DNA from: Tetramitus jugosus
Lineage: Eukaryota; Protista; Heterolobosea
DNA length: 64,000 bases
Direction: 5' to 3'
Assembly: GCA_937625935.1 (NCBI GenBank)
Contig: OW569372.1
Span: forward strand, 62,001 to 126,000
This document shows positions 1-10,015 of this stretch, one piece after another. Position 1 is the stretch's first letter. The number at the start of each line of letters is the position of its first letter. The notes under the pieces were generated by a model. The model ran no database searches and was not told the DNA's origin. It saw nothing but the letters and a program-made list of their open reading frames with translations. The position numbers and the translations under genes are program-made.

Positions 1-783
1 CTGCGAATCGTCATCCTTCATTCCATCACTATGACCGAGCAACATATCATTCATTGTTTGAGATTTTCCACCACCTCCACTGCTGCTACTATTGATACCA
101 GGTGACTCACCGTCTTCATTGTCACTGTTCGATACTCTTTTCGAGAAGGGCAGCGGCGTATGAGATTGAATAGAAGAAGTAGAATAGCTGCGCGGTCGAG
201 AAAGATCCACATTCTTTGAAAAATAATCTTCGTCCAACGGTACAAGACACGGTGCACCACTTGTTCGCTCCTCCAAATCAACCACTCCTCCATCGCTCAT
301 TGATTGACTGTGTCTTCTCCGTGGTTGCTGCTGCTGCTGCGCACTAGTACTGCTACTGCTGTTCGTCGTTGTCGTTTGTTGTTTACTCGATCGTTTCTTC
401 TTCTTGGACTTGGACTCAAACAGTGGATCTACACTCGCAAGTGTCGAAGCTGGAATTCCGACTTGAAATAGCTTTGTCAACAGAGTTTGCTTATACGCTG
501 GCAAAAAGTGAACTTTTGTGTTTTGTCCCTTGATTTGCATCGGAATGGCTCCAAATATCATCTCTCCCAACAGTGTCGTATCATTGACACCGACTTTGGC
601 TGACATGGGTGCAGACATGGACCTTTTCAACACGTGCGCAGCCGATATCGAAGGAGGTATAGGTAACTTTAAATTTTTTGGTGGTTGTGATTGTTGTTGT
701 CCACTCATCGACTTGACAGAGTCCATGTGATTTCCCAATGATAACGAATTATTCATCATGTGATTATTGTGATGAGTAGTGGT

Positions 784-816
<33 letters not shown>

Positions 817-1453
817 CCGAGAAGGATGCTGTGGGTGCAGTAATGGTGCCGATGCAGCATGATGAAGTGACATGTCAACTGATGATGATGGTAATGATGA
901 TTTGTCTTCATGTTGATTCTCATTCATTGAATCACTAGTGTTGGTGCCATTACTATTATTATTATTATTATTATTATTATTTGCTTGTTGTTGTTGTTGT
1001 TGTTGATTGTTTGATTTTGCTCTCATATTGGCATACGCTCTTCTTATCAATGGATCCTTTAATGAATCATACAGAAGCACATTGCCCTTGAGTGAACTGT
1101 CTTGAAACAACTGTTATCATAAAGTGTCAATTACACATCATATTCGATGCACACACAGACAAACAAACAAGTAACGTCAATTAATAATCATGACATACGA
1201 CTATTCTGCATGAACAGATGCGTTCAGGTGGTTGAACAACTGGTTGCAGTATTGGAATTTCATATTGAATATGATCATGTAAATTGTTTTTACCACTCAA
1301 TCGATTCTTTTGATTTTGTGCATTGCTATTATTGTTGTTTTTGTTGTTGGTTTGTGGGTGATGATGATGATGATGAGAGTGTGATGATGAAGATGGTGTG
1401 GTAGGTGTTGTTGTCGTAGTGGAGGAGAATGACTCGGAATGAATATTACCCAT
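1..1453 (-). CDS. Folliculin-interacting protein (FNIP/Lst4) homologue, 5' part; runs off the left edge of the window
   Basis: Exon 1 1453-1199, intron 1198-1111 (GTATGT...CAG), exon 2 open from 1110 to the edge. Spliced product reads CRIVLFQDSSLKGNVLLYDS and LLGEMIFGAIPMQIKGQNTKVHFLPAYKQTLLTKLF, matching FNIP N-terminal longin motifs (RLIVYQD..VLFDS; MLGEMMFGSVAMSYKG..LKIH). Starts MGNIHS. Confidence 0.85.
784..1003. repeat. Coding trinucleotide microsatellites (GAT)n, (TAT)n, (TGT)n within the FNIP-like exon
   Basis: GAT run ~784-815, TAT run ~950-980, TGT run ~985-1003; they encode homopolymeric low-complexity tracts on the minus strand. Confidence 0.85.
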
Positions 1454-1828
1454 CGTTGTGCTGCCTCATCCAACCAAAAGCTTTTTCTCTCGTTTTTTTG
1501 TTCTGTGTGGAAGGGCCGAAAACAGAGAAAAACCATCCAATTCCTTCTTCACCGAGACTGCTATCCTTCCAGTATGCTGCCTGGCTCTATAATTTTCGCC
1601 ACGTCGTTTGTTGGTGGAGAGTCAAAATCAAACTCACATTCTAGTAGCAAGAAATGTTGTTGTTCAGGGTGTCGAAACAACTCATAAAGGATCACGTTTT
1701 TTCCTTAATAGTTTTGGAAATTGCCAAATTAATCATCTGAGCTTCCAAAACTCTCTGTAGCGAAAAGGATCAACGTGCGAAGAAGAATCATTGAAGATTT
1801 TGACTATCTGACAAGAAACTAATTATTG

Positions 1829-3816
1829 ATGTTCGGTCTGGTTGATACTAATGTCAAAATAGGTGACCACGTTTGGATTACGAGAGATCAAAAGGACTTG
1901 TTAGCTCTGGTGGAGTCTGTGAGCCAAGACGGAGGAGAATACACAGTTCTTATCAATACGCAAGATACATCTCTGTTCAATTGTATCCATGAAGAAGCAG
2001 TGGTGACTCAAGTCACTCCGTATCACATTAAGCACAATCATATTAACGGAGATGAGCGAAGCAATGAGGCGACAGGATGGTTTAATTGGATTGAGGAACG
2101 AGAAGCAAAAGACAAAAATATTGATGAGTACTTTGAAAACTTATCAGTCATATACAAGTCATCTTTACCAGTAGGTCTGTCATCACCTAGTAGTTTCTTA
2201 ACTGTTGAGGGAGAAGTAAACTATCTACCTTCGGAGGGAGGTTCATTGTTAGATAATAAATCAAAGGATGAGACTGTAAGCGATGGAAAGGATTCCAATG
2301 AGAGTATCTCCATTGATCAAGAAACCGTTATCGAGGAGAGAGATTGCACACAGGAGACAATGCAAGTTGAATCGGGACCTCCAACGACTTCTCCTTCTCG
2401 TTTTGTTGGTGATGCAAGAGCGTTGAAGAAGACTCTGCTCGATATGTATGTCTATTTATTCTTTTGAACTAACAGATAGACAAAGATTAACACATTCACA
2501 GAGAAGAGAGCAATATACCACTGAGTAGGGCCATTATTTCAGCGATTTCAAAAGCATTAGAGGGAACGTTGTTGTATTCTTTTGAACATTTGGAAGATTT
2601 CGTTGAAGATAGTATGAACTTCCTCCAAACACACTACTGCAAGATTAACCCTCTAGAACAATGTCAGAACTTCTGTGTATGTCTCTTACGCATCTTGAGG
2701 AATATCATCGAGGGAGTAACGGATCTCGACCTTCAAAAGTTGAAGAATTGTTTTCGAGTGTATGATATTTTAAATGTATTCCACTCAGTTATTCGATACA
2801 CCCACTCTCCGAACTCAAAGATTGAAATTGAAGTACTAGAACTTGTTACCTCGATTCTGCATAAATGTTGTCGAGATAATAGAGAAATATCATCCCTTTT
2901 GTTGCACACAAATGATGGAATTACTTTTTGGAGCATGATATCGAGCTATGGACACCTGTTGACCCGTTTGAGTAGTGCCAACAACAATGCCCTACTCCCA
3001 ACTTTAAATAATTTGGCGGGTCTGATTTATCACATGTTTGACTGTCATTCGATTGAGATTAGAGAAGATGTTTCCTTATGTTTCACTTGCCGAAAGAAGA
3101 GTAAGTCCCTCATGAAGAGCATCACCCACCGACTACAAATAAGTAACAGGAGAAAGAAAAGCAAGGAATACAGCAACTTGAATGTACTGAAGAAGGAATT
3201 AATAACTGAGTTACCCGAACTACTAGAAAGTGCTGTTTCAATCCATAGTTCTCCAATAGTCGTTCGGTTGATACGACGGGCATATCTCATCGTAGGTACA
3301 GTCTTGGACTTGACCAATACAATGATCGAAATGGTGATTCAAGTGAAATCCAGAGACGTAGAGTATGCTGAAAATGTACTCTATTCGTTGAATTCACTGA
3401 GCTCAGTCGACAGCGGCATCATTCAATTGGCAATACGACACTTTATCGTCAAATCACTGAAAAAGATTGCTCACACTTGTCTGACAGAGAACAAATTAGA
3501 GGAATGCAAGAGTTTAATTCTGTTGATTCTTCAGTTGTCCCATGTACACAATGGATTTAAACGAAGGGTACAAGAAGACATGTCAGATTTGCTTGCAGTT
3601 AAATCTGAGCTTGACACATCGTACATTCTGGCCAACCAGAGACAAACGAGTGATTTCTTGAATAGAGTAATGTCTCTCCACGCATCTCAACTATCCTTGG
3701 TCGAACCGCCTACCCATACCAAGAGTAATGATAGAGATTCTGGTGTCTATGATGGCACACTGGAATTAGAGAGCTATGATATCAACGATGAATCAACGTC
3801 CTGCAAAGAGTCATAG
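1829..3816 (+). CDS. Hypothetical protein (N-terminal SH3/Tudor-like beta region, acidic linker, C-terminal helical/ARM-like region)
   Basis: Exons 1829-2445 and 2502-3816. The intron 2446-2501 (GTATGT...CACAG) joins the two ORFs in frame (LDIEESNIPLSRAIISAISKALEGTLLYS). No family recognised. Confidence 0.7.
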
Positions 3817-3880
3817 AGCGATGGTTTCAACGATTCACAATCAAAGATGTCCATCTCGTGAAACGAAAGCAAAACCGCTC

Positions 3881-4984
3881 TCATTCTTCAGTTGAAACAA
3901 TCTCCACAGCATCTCCTATTCTTCCGAGCACTATCATTGGAGTGAGTGCTCCTGTACAATTACAGATCGCCTGGTAACCTCCATACGGTGTAACAAACGT
4001 CAGTAGGTGATTTTCACTGTCATAAGTCGCTCTAACCTTATCGCCAGACTTAAACTTTTGGCTCATGATGCCTGGTAAGAGATTACTCCTGCCTGATCCC
4101 ACATAACTATTCACAGGGATACTGTTCAATGTGTATACAGTTATAATAAAGCTATCTGGAGTACTCATGGACCATCTGGCATTTACACATTGTTGTTTGG
4201 AGGCAAAACCAATGCCAATAAACGAATCTTTTGAACCGTTGGGGAACAAGGTGACCTCGAATGTCATTCTTTTCCTAGTTTCACAATTTATAAACAAAGT
4301 ATTCGTTGGTTGACTAGCAGTGGCTCTAAATCCATCAAACACAACGCCATCTTCAACACTTGTTCGATCAAAGCCAAACTTTGTCTTAAAGAAATGAAAC
4401 ATGGAAGCAATCTGATAATAATCCACTTCTTGTGCAATCGCAGCCTTTTCATTCTCCTTCAACGACTCAATATCCTTGCTCACATCCGCACCTCTCAAAT
4501 GATTCAAAATGAATCGGAAGAATGTCGGATCACGATCCACAAAAATCTCTCCATCTTCATCCGGTGACGTATCAAAATGCTCACTCAACAAGCAACTGAA
4601 ATAAGTATCTTGCTCATTTCTCAAAGTATCCACAGTTGTCATGAACAACATTCCTCCAATATTCAACTTTACTTTTTGATTCCTGCCGCCAATCCTTGTC
4701 GTAGACCGGTGCAACTTTTCAGTGATCTGATCCAATTGTTTCTGACGCGTCTGGAGCTCTTCTTCACCTCGACGCAACTTTTCTTCGGTCAACATTTTTT
4801 GTTGCTCGAATGCAAACTCTTTCTCTTCCAATTCTTTGACTCTTGCTTCCAAATTGACTCCTTTGGTTGCATTTTGGGATTCAAGTTGTTTGAATTCATT
4901 AATGATACTTAGAAAATGTTCGAGTTGGTGTTGATTGTGAGATACGACAGCGTTGGTCAGTGAAACAATCTTGTCGTTCATCAT
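3881..4984 (-). CDS. Coiled-coil + BTB/POZ (KCTD/T1-type) + SPRY-like domain protein
   Basis: VKLNIGGMLFMTTVDTL...YFSCLLSEHF...EIFVDRDPTFFRFILNHLRG...EVDYYQI is a T1-type BTB domain. The C-terminal FIGIGFA...FKSGDKVRATYDSENHLLTF resembles SPRY/B30.2. Confidence 0.85.
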   Translation of the reverse strand: MMNDKIVSLTNAVVSHNQHQLEHFLSIINEFKQLESQNATKGVNLEARVKELEEKEFAFEQQKMLTEEKLRRGEEELQTRQKQLDQITEKLHRSTTRIGGRNQKVKLNIGGMLFMTTVDTLRNEQDTYFSCLLSEHFDTSPDEDGEIFVDRDPTFFRFILNHLRGADVSKDIESLKENEKAAIAQEVDYYQIASMFHFFKTKFGFDRTSVEDGVVFDGFRATASQPTNTLFINCETRKRMTFEVTLFPNGSKDSFIGIGFASKQQCVNARWSMSTPDSFIITVYTLNSIPVNSYVGSGRSNLLPGIMSQKFKSGDKVRATYDSENHLLTFVTPYGGYQAICNCTGALTPMIVLGRIGDAVEIVSTEE

Positions 4985-5414
4985 TCGCGTGAGTGTGACT
5001 GTTGTGACTGTTTGTTGTGACGGTTATGTTTTTTGCTGGCTTGCTTGTGACATCTTGCCTTCAGGCGTCAAAACTCCGGTGCTAAGAATACATGAGCGCT
5101 TGGTTTCTGCAGATCATTTTCTATTTATTCTTGTGTCAATTACTTTTGCAGCTTGGTTGGTTCCAATTGTTACCTGTTGGATCCATGATGCTTATGAGAT
5201 TGAGTCGGTTGGTGGCTCTTAACTCCAGTTCTGTGTATGTGACCTTCACCTTGAAACATCCGACTCGATTTCGAGTTTAACTCTATATCTTAAAAACGTT
5301 TCAAAAGGTTCTTCAAAAATACATGAATGTTTATTGTCATGTTAATAATGTCAGGACAACTCATAATTTTCGAAGTACGTAACCAACTACGCAACCATCT
5401 ACTGAGATATCCCG

Positions 5415-5969
5415 TTAATCGATTTCAATTCGAAGATATTCGCCAACCTTCTTACCTTTGTGAGTAACGGAAATCAATTCTTGGCTCAGACTTCCATCTA
5501 AATAGGCACTTCTCAATGCTTGAACTCTTTGCTTTGAGACGAAGGTAAATTCAGTGGGAGCAATATTATTCCATTGACTGGTTGATGGCGCAACCCTTTC
5601 GATAACAGTCTTGGGTAACAGTTTACCTCCAACTTGGTCACGCACGCAGTGTTCATGATCTCTATCTGCCTGAATGATCAAAATTACATTCTGAGCATCC
5701 TCCTTAATTGAATGGTCTCTGGCCTCGATCTCATTGTCAGTTGCATCCTCATCCTCATCTGCCCCATCCAGTAATGTTTCGATAAGTTTTGGACTGGGTA
5801 CTTTAACTTCAATACCGCTTCTTGCCCACTCATTCTTTGCACTTCCCAATCTTCTTCCGAGTGGTCCAGAACCTGAAGAATGTCCAACTTTTACTGGGTA
5901 TCCTTCTTCTTTACCAATCTTTATTAGCACTGGAACATAGTATGAATAGATGTAGTCTTCTTTAGCCAT
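5415..5969 (-). CDS. Putative GIY-YIG superfamily (T5orf172/MUG113-like) protein
   Basis: Intronless 184-aa ORF with YIYSY...VKVGHS...RRL, a helix Glu (DHEHCVRDQV) and TEFTFV, in the order of T5orf172 motifs (YVY..KIG.T..RL..E..EWF). Confidence 0.5.
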   Translation of the reverse strand: MAKEDYIYSYYVPVLIKIGKEEGYPVKVGHSSGSGPLGRRLGSAKNEWARSGIEVKVPSPKLIETLLDGADEDEDATDNEIEARDHSIKEDAQNVILIIQADRDHEHCVRDQVGGKLLPKTVIERVAPSTSQWNNIAPTEFTFVSKQRVQALRSAYLDGSLSQELISVTHKGKKVGEYLRIEID

Positions 5970-6539
5970 AGTCTTCTGAAATGTTGTGATGTTGTTGTTA
6001 GAGTATGTTTTGAGTGGTGATGGTGTTTTGCTCAGAATTTATTTACAATTTCCTTGTCAAACTGCCCGACGTGAGGGACTTGGTGTTGGTCAACTGACAA
6101 TGGGACGCATCACCCGTCACAATAAATGTCGGAAATCCAGTCCTTTGGAGATGTGTTGGATACCTGAACATCCGCGGACTTTAATCCACAATCCTCTTGA
6201 GAATGAACTTGTTCACCTATCTGTCAGGACACTATCAACGAAAGGATCTTAAATCATCCATAGATCTCTGTAGTTGCCTATCCTACTGAGTAGGACTCGA
6301 TCTTAAACGATCTACAGCCCAATTTCATCCGTTGGTTGAGACAATTTCCAAACTATCATGTTTTCCTCCAAGTACTATCATCGGAGTGAAGTGTAACTAT
6401 CTTCCTTCAAAAGTCACAACTCAAGATACAATCAGATTCCCGCCACGGAGTTTATCCTCAACAACCCAAAAAAAAATTCCACACAAATAACCGCGAAATT
6501 GCGATCTCTCCAACAACGAACAACAAAAACCTCAAACAA

Positions 6540-7964
6540 ATGTTATCTCTCATGATTGAATCACTATTTCTCATTGCTCAATCATTCTTCAAAAGCTTCG
6601 TCACTGTTCTCTTTATCATCACAGCACTCTCCATATGCGGACTATTTGCCACTCTACTCTTCTTATTGTTGAGGAAGGGTGAGTCCACTGTGATTCGATC
6701 ACCAGGTGGTAGTAAATTTATTTTGAAAGAGGATGGTACTGTGACCTCTGCCTCTCCATCTACTACTTCAACAAGCAAAAAATCAACGACGTCGTCGTCG
6801 TTGAATCATCAACGTCGAAATCGAGCACATTCTTCATCAACAACATCAGATGGTAGTGCCGCAACAACGATAAAGGACAGTGGTGAATGTCAATGGTTAA
6901 ACTTTATAGTCAAGAGAGCAATGGCTCATTTCATTTTTAAGCACACTGCACTCATCAAACAACAATTGTTGTCTCAGTTGAACAAGGAACTTCATTTGCC
7001 TGATGTGGTGGGTGATATTGATATTATTGATTTGAATTTTGGATCGAATACTCCATCGTTTTATTCGATTCGTGCATCGGAAGATGTCAATGGAGGTGGT
7101 GGAATGCTCGTTGATATTGATCTAGAGTTTGAAGATCCTGATATGAAGGTTCATTTAGGTACGGATGTCTACATTAATTTTCCAGTCAAGAAATTTGCAT
7201 CGTTGCCCGTGCAATTCGTGCTACAAGACATTTATTTCCACGCAAAGATTCGCATTTTCATCTCTGAAGATTTCTCTGAGGTGAGAGTATCATTGTTGGA
7301 GGAACCGGATTTTGACATGGTATTTTCGAATGAGATTGGCTCACGAAGAAAAATTAAAAACTTGCCATGGATCACCGATCTGATCAATCGAGCCATCTAT
7401 CAAGCGGTGAGCAAGTTTTTCTTGGCGCCAAAATTCCTCTCATTCAAGTTGCCACCTATTGTTTTGTTCAGTGAGAAGCGTGATGATCAGATTCAAGTCG
7501 TTACCAAGCCAGATGTCGTCTCGCAAATGAATGCAAACACTGCAGCCATACTGTTGAAGAACAAGCGAAGAAGAAATGCAGCCAAGGATCGTATTGCCGA
7601 TGCATATGAATCCAATGAGAGCAGCAGTAGCAGTGATGATGGTGAAGATGGTGGTGAGTACGATGACAACAATGACGAGTACGCTGGAAATTTAGCAGGT
7701 GGTGCTGTTGGTGAGAACTTGGACGGTGCATGGAATGATTATGGTGGTTCATCTGACGACGATGGTGACAATCACAATTTGTCTGACACGACGGCAGACG
7801 AGTTGGATCGTGAACAGATTCAAAGACTTGCTCGCCAATTGAGACAACGAAAGCTCGTGGCAGCAGCAAAGAGAAGAGCAGACTTGGACGAAGAATTCTT
7901 GGACTTTTTGCAATCCAAGGAAGCGAGCGATTTTCAAGCAAAACGACAGAAAAAGTACAAGTAA
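6540..7964 (+). CDS. SMP-domain lipid transfer protein with N-terminal TM anchor (Mmm1-like)
   Basis: N-terminal hydrophobic helix; ECQWLNFIVKRAM...GDIDIIDLNFGSNTPSF...FASLPVQFVL...IGSRRKIKNLPWITDLI is a typical SMP/TULIP domain; acidic C-terminal tail. Confidence 0.8.
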   Translation: MLSLMIESLFLIAQSFFKSFVTVLFIITALSICGLFATLLFLLLRKGESTVIRSPGGSKFILKEDGTVTSASPSTTSTSKKSTTSSSLNHQRRNRAHSSSTTSDGSAATTIKDSGECQWLNFIVKRAMAHFIFKHTALIKQQLLSQLNKELHLPDVVGDIDIIDLNFGSNTPSFYSIRASEDVNGGGGMLVDIDLEFEDPDMKVHLGTDVYINFPVKKFASLPVQFVLQDIYFHAKIRIFISEDFSEVRVSLLEEPDFDMVFSNEIGSRRKIKNLPWITDLINRAIYQAVSKFFLAPKFLSFKLPPIVLFSEKRDDQIQVVTKPDVVSQMNANTAAILLKNKRRRNAAKDRIADAYESNESSSSSDDGEDGGEYDDNNDEYAGNLAGGAVGENLDGAWNDYGGSSDDDGDNHNLSDTTADELDREQIQRLARQLRQRKLVAAAKRRADLDEEFLDFLQSKEASDFQAKRQKKYK

Positions 7965-8249
7965 ACATTTGTTCATTGCATGTAACACACAATAGATTGA
8001 TCTATTGACAACACACACAATTGCATCATGAAATATTGCTCAAAAACTTTGTGTGTGTGAACAAAAAAAATTTTATAGAGTATTATGGTGTGTTGATCGA
8101 TCAAACCGATCATAATGAGGTTTTTTGTTGTTGTTGATGACGATCATGACAAATACGTTTCTCCTTGCGTAAAGTAATACAGTCATGATTCATCTTCTGA
8201 TATTGTTGTGATTGTTGTTATTGTTGGTATGCTGTTGTGATAGTTCTTA

Positions 8250-8630
8250 TTATTGTGAGTCATCAGATGATTGTTGATCACTGGATAATTGTAAAGTTTG
8301 CAAAATCTTTTCAATTTGTTCGCCATAACCCTGCTCCAACGCTTCCAACTTTTTCGCTTGTTGATTCATTTTTCTGTTGTGTCTCTGCAGTTGAACTTCA
8401 AGTTTCTTCTTTTCTTCCATGATTGATGCAACTTCTTGTTCCATTTGACTCAATCTGTTTTGACTGCTCTCATACTTTTCAACAATTGTTTGTACGTGTT
8501 CATTGGTGTGATTAATGTTTTTGGAGATGACTCTTGCAGTGTTGTAAATGTCACTTCTGAGAGTGTAGGCAAAGAATCCAGAGGCACCGACAACGCCAAC
8601 TAGAAATGATGTGAAAGGAGTGAAGCCCAT
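8250..8630 (-). CDS. Small single-pass membrane protein with coiled coil
   Basis: 126-aa ATG ORF; N-terminal TM (FTSFLVGVVGASGFFAYTL) followed by a heptad-rich segment. Confidence 0.7.
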   Translation of the reverse strand: MGFTPFTSFLVGVVGASGFFAYTLRSDIYNTARVISKNINHTNEHVQTIVEKYESSQNRLSQMEQEVASIMEEKKKLEVQLQRHNRKMNQQAKKLEALEQGYGEQIEKILQTLQLSSDQQSSDDSQ

Positions 8631-9030
8631 GATGATTATGATCTTGGTGATTGGTTAATATTCAAGTGAATGTTGTTGTTTGTGGGTGGATAATTTTTTT
8701 TTCGTGATTGTGTCGGATGGAGGGAAAAAGTTTTTTATTTCGGCGCTTGGGTGAGAAAATGGTTCTTGTCTGTCGTAGGCTAGAACGAGCATGATCTCTT
8801 CACATGACCGATAATGAGAATCAGAGACATTGTAGATCACATCTGACAAAGGGATCAAGGTGGAAATGCTTGTTCTAATAATTGCTCATTGCTTGCTGGT
8901 GAAAAAATTGTCTGAGCGGGGAAACGTTCAAGCTGGACATTGAACAATTCGTTGAACATATTGGTCAACTAGAGGAATTTTGTGAAAAAAAACAAAAAAA
9001 CAAAGCAAAAAAACAAGTCACATCGTCATA

Positions 9031-9483
9031 ATGAGCAACCTTTCAACATCCGCTATCGAAAAGAGACAAAGAGCCAAGTTCAAGAAGTTCCTCTTCCAAG
9101 GAAAGGAAATTGAAGACCTTTTGAAGTTGAAGAATGAAGAACTTGCACAAATCGTCACCTCTAGAGCACGTAGACGTTTCAACAGAGGTTTGCCAAAGAC
9201 TTCCATCAATCTGATCAAGAAGCTCAGAAAGGCAAAGAAGGAGACCCCTTATGGTGAAAAGCCAGCTACCATCAAGACTCACTTGAGAAGCATGATCATC
9301 GTCCCTGAAATGATCGACTCTGTTGTCGGTGTTTACAATGGTCAAACTTTCGTTACTGTTGAAATTAAGCCAGATATGATTGGCCACCAATTGGGCGAAT
9401 TCTCCTTGACATACAAGCCTGTTAAGCATGGTAGACCAGGTATTGGTGCCACCTCTTCCTCCAAGTTCGTTCCATTGAAGTAA
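9031..9483 (+). CDS. RPS15: 40S ribosomal protein S15 (uS19)
   Basis: [26 protein letters not shown]...[39 protein letters not shown]; strongly biased codon usage. Confidence 0.99.
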   Translation: MSNLSTSAIEKRQRAKFKKFLFQGKEIEDLLKLKNEELAQIVTSRARRRFNRGLPKTSINLIKKLRKAKKETPYGEKPATIKTHLRSMIIVPEMIDSVVGVYNGQTFVTVEIKPDMIGHQLGEFSLTYKPVKHGRPGIGATSSSKFVPLK

Positions 9484-9509
9484 ACTTTCAACTTGCTGGT
9501 TTTTTCCTG

Positions 9510-9848
9510 TTAGTTTAGTTGTTTTATTCTTTTTGTGTGGTGATTCGTCGCTGATGATGGCCCAAGCGGTTGAGGTCGTTGATAATCAAAGATTTGTGTG
9601 TTGGGACTGTTCTTCCAATTCCTATAATACACTTTGTAGTAAAAGCCAATACATAGCAGGGCAGCAACAACGCTGGACCATTTGACGAACTTGCGTATCA
9701 TGTTGACAAACGAGAGAAACCATGACTGTTTGCGTCTTTGCTTTGTTCGCTCCTTGTCCTCTTGTTTCTCTCCTGTTCTAATACGATACAGTGCTCTGGA
9801 TGGATCATCTTGAGTTGGTGATTGGGAACGACCATTGGAGTTCGACAT
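9510..9848 (-). CDS. Small single-pass membrane protein, hypothetical
   Basis: ATG at 9848 (MSNSNGRSQ...), basic N-terminal region, then TM-like WSSVVAALLCIGFYY; about 112 aa. Confidence 0.6.
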   Translation of the reverse strand: MSNSNGRSQSPTQDDPSRALYRIRTGEKQEDKERTKQRRKQSWFLSFVNMIRKFVKWSSVVAALLCIGFYYKVYYRNWKNSPNTQIFDYQRPQPLGPSSATNHHTKRIKQLN

Positions 9849-10015
9849 GAGACAAAAGGTTTTTAGGCTAAAAGAACAAAGATCAACCAAATGCAAGAAA
9901 TTGTTGGTGCCAAAACACAAAATCTTTCAGCGACTCGAAAAAAAAACCAAACACATACCACTGTAACACCACAAAGCCTTTATATTTTGTATTATTAACA
10001 CGACGAAAAAAAACA

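Noticed and set aside
5263-6295. Defined transposon (TIR or Helitron) around the GIY-YIG-like ORF
   Set aside because: Only short local palindromes; no matching terminal inverted repeats, target-site duplication, or transposase/Rep-helicase.
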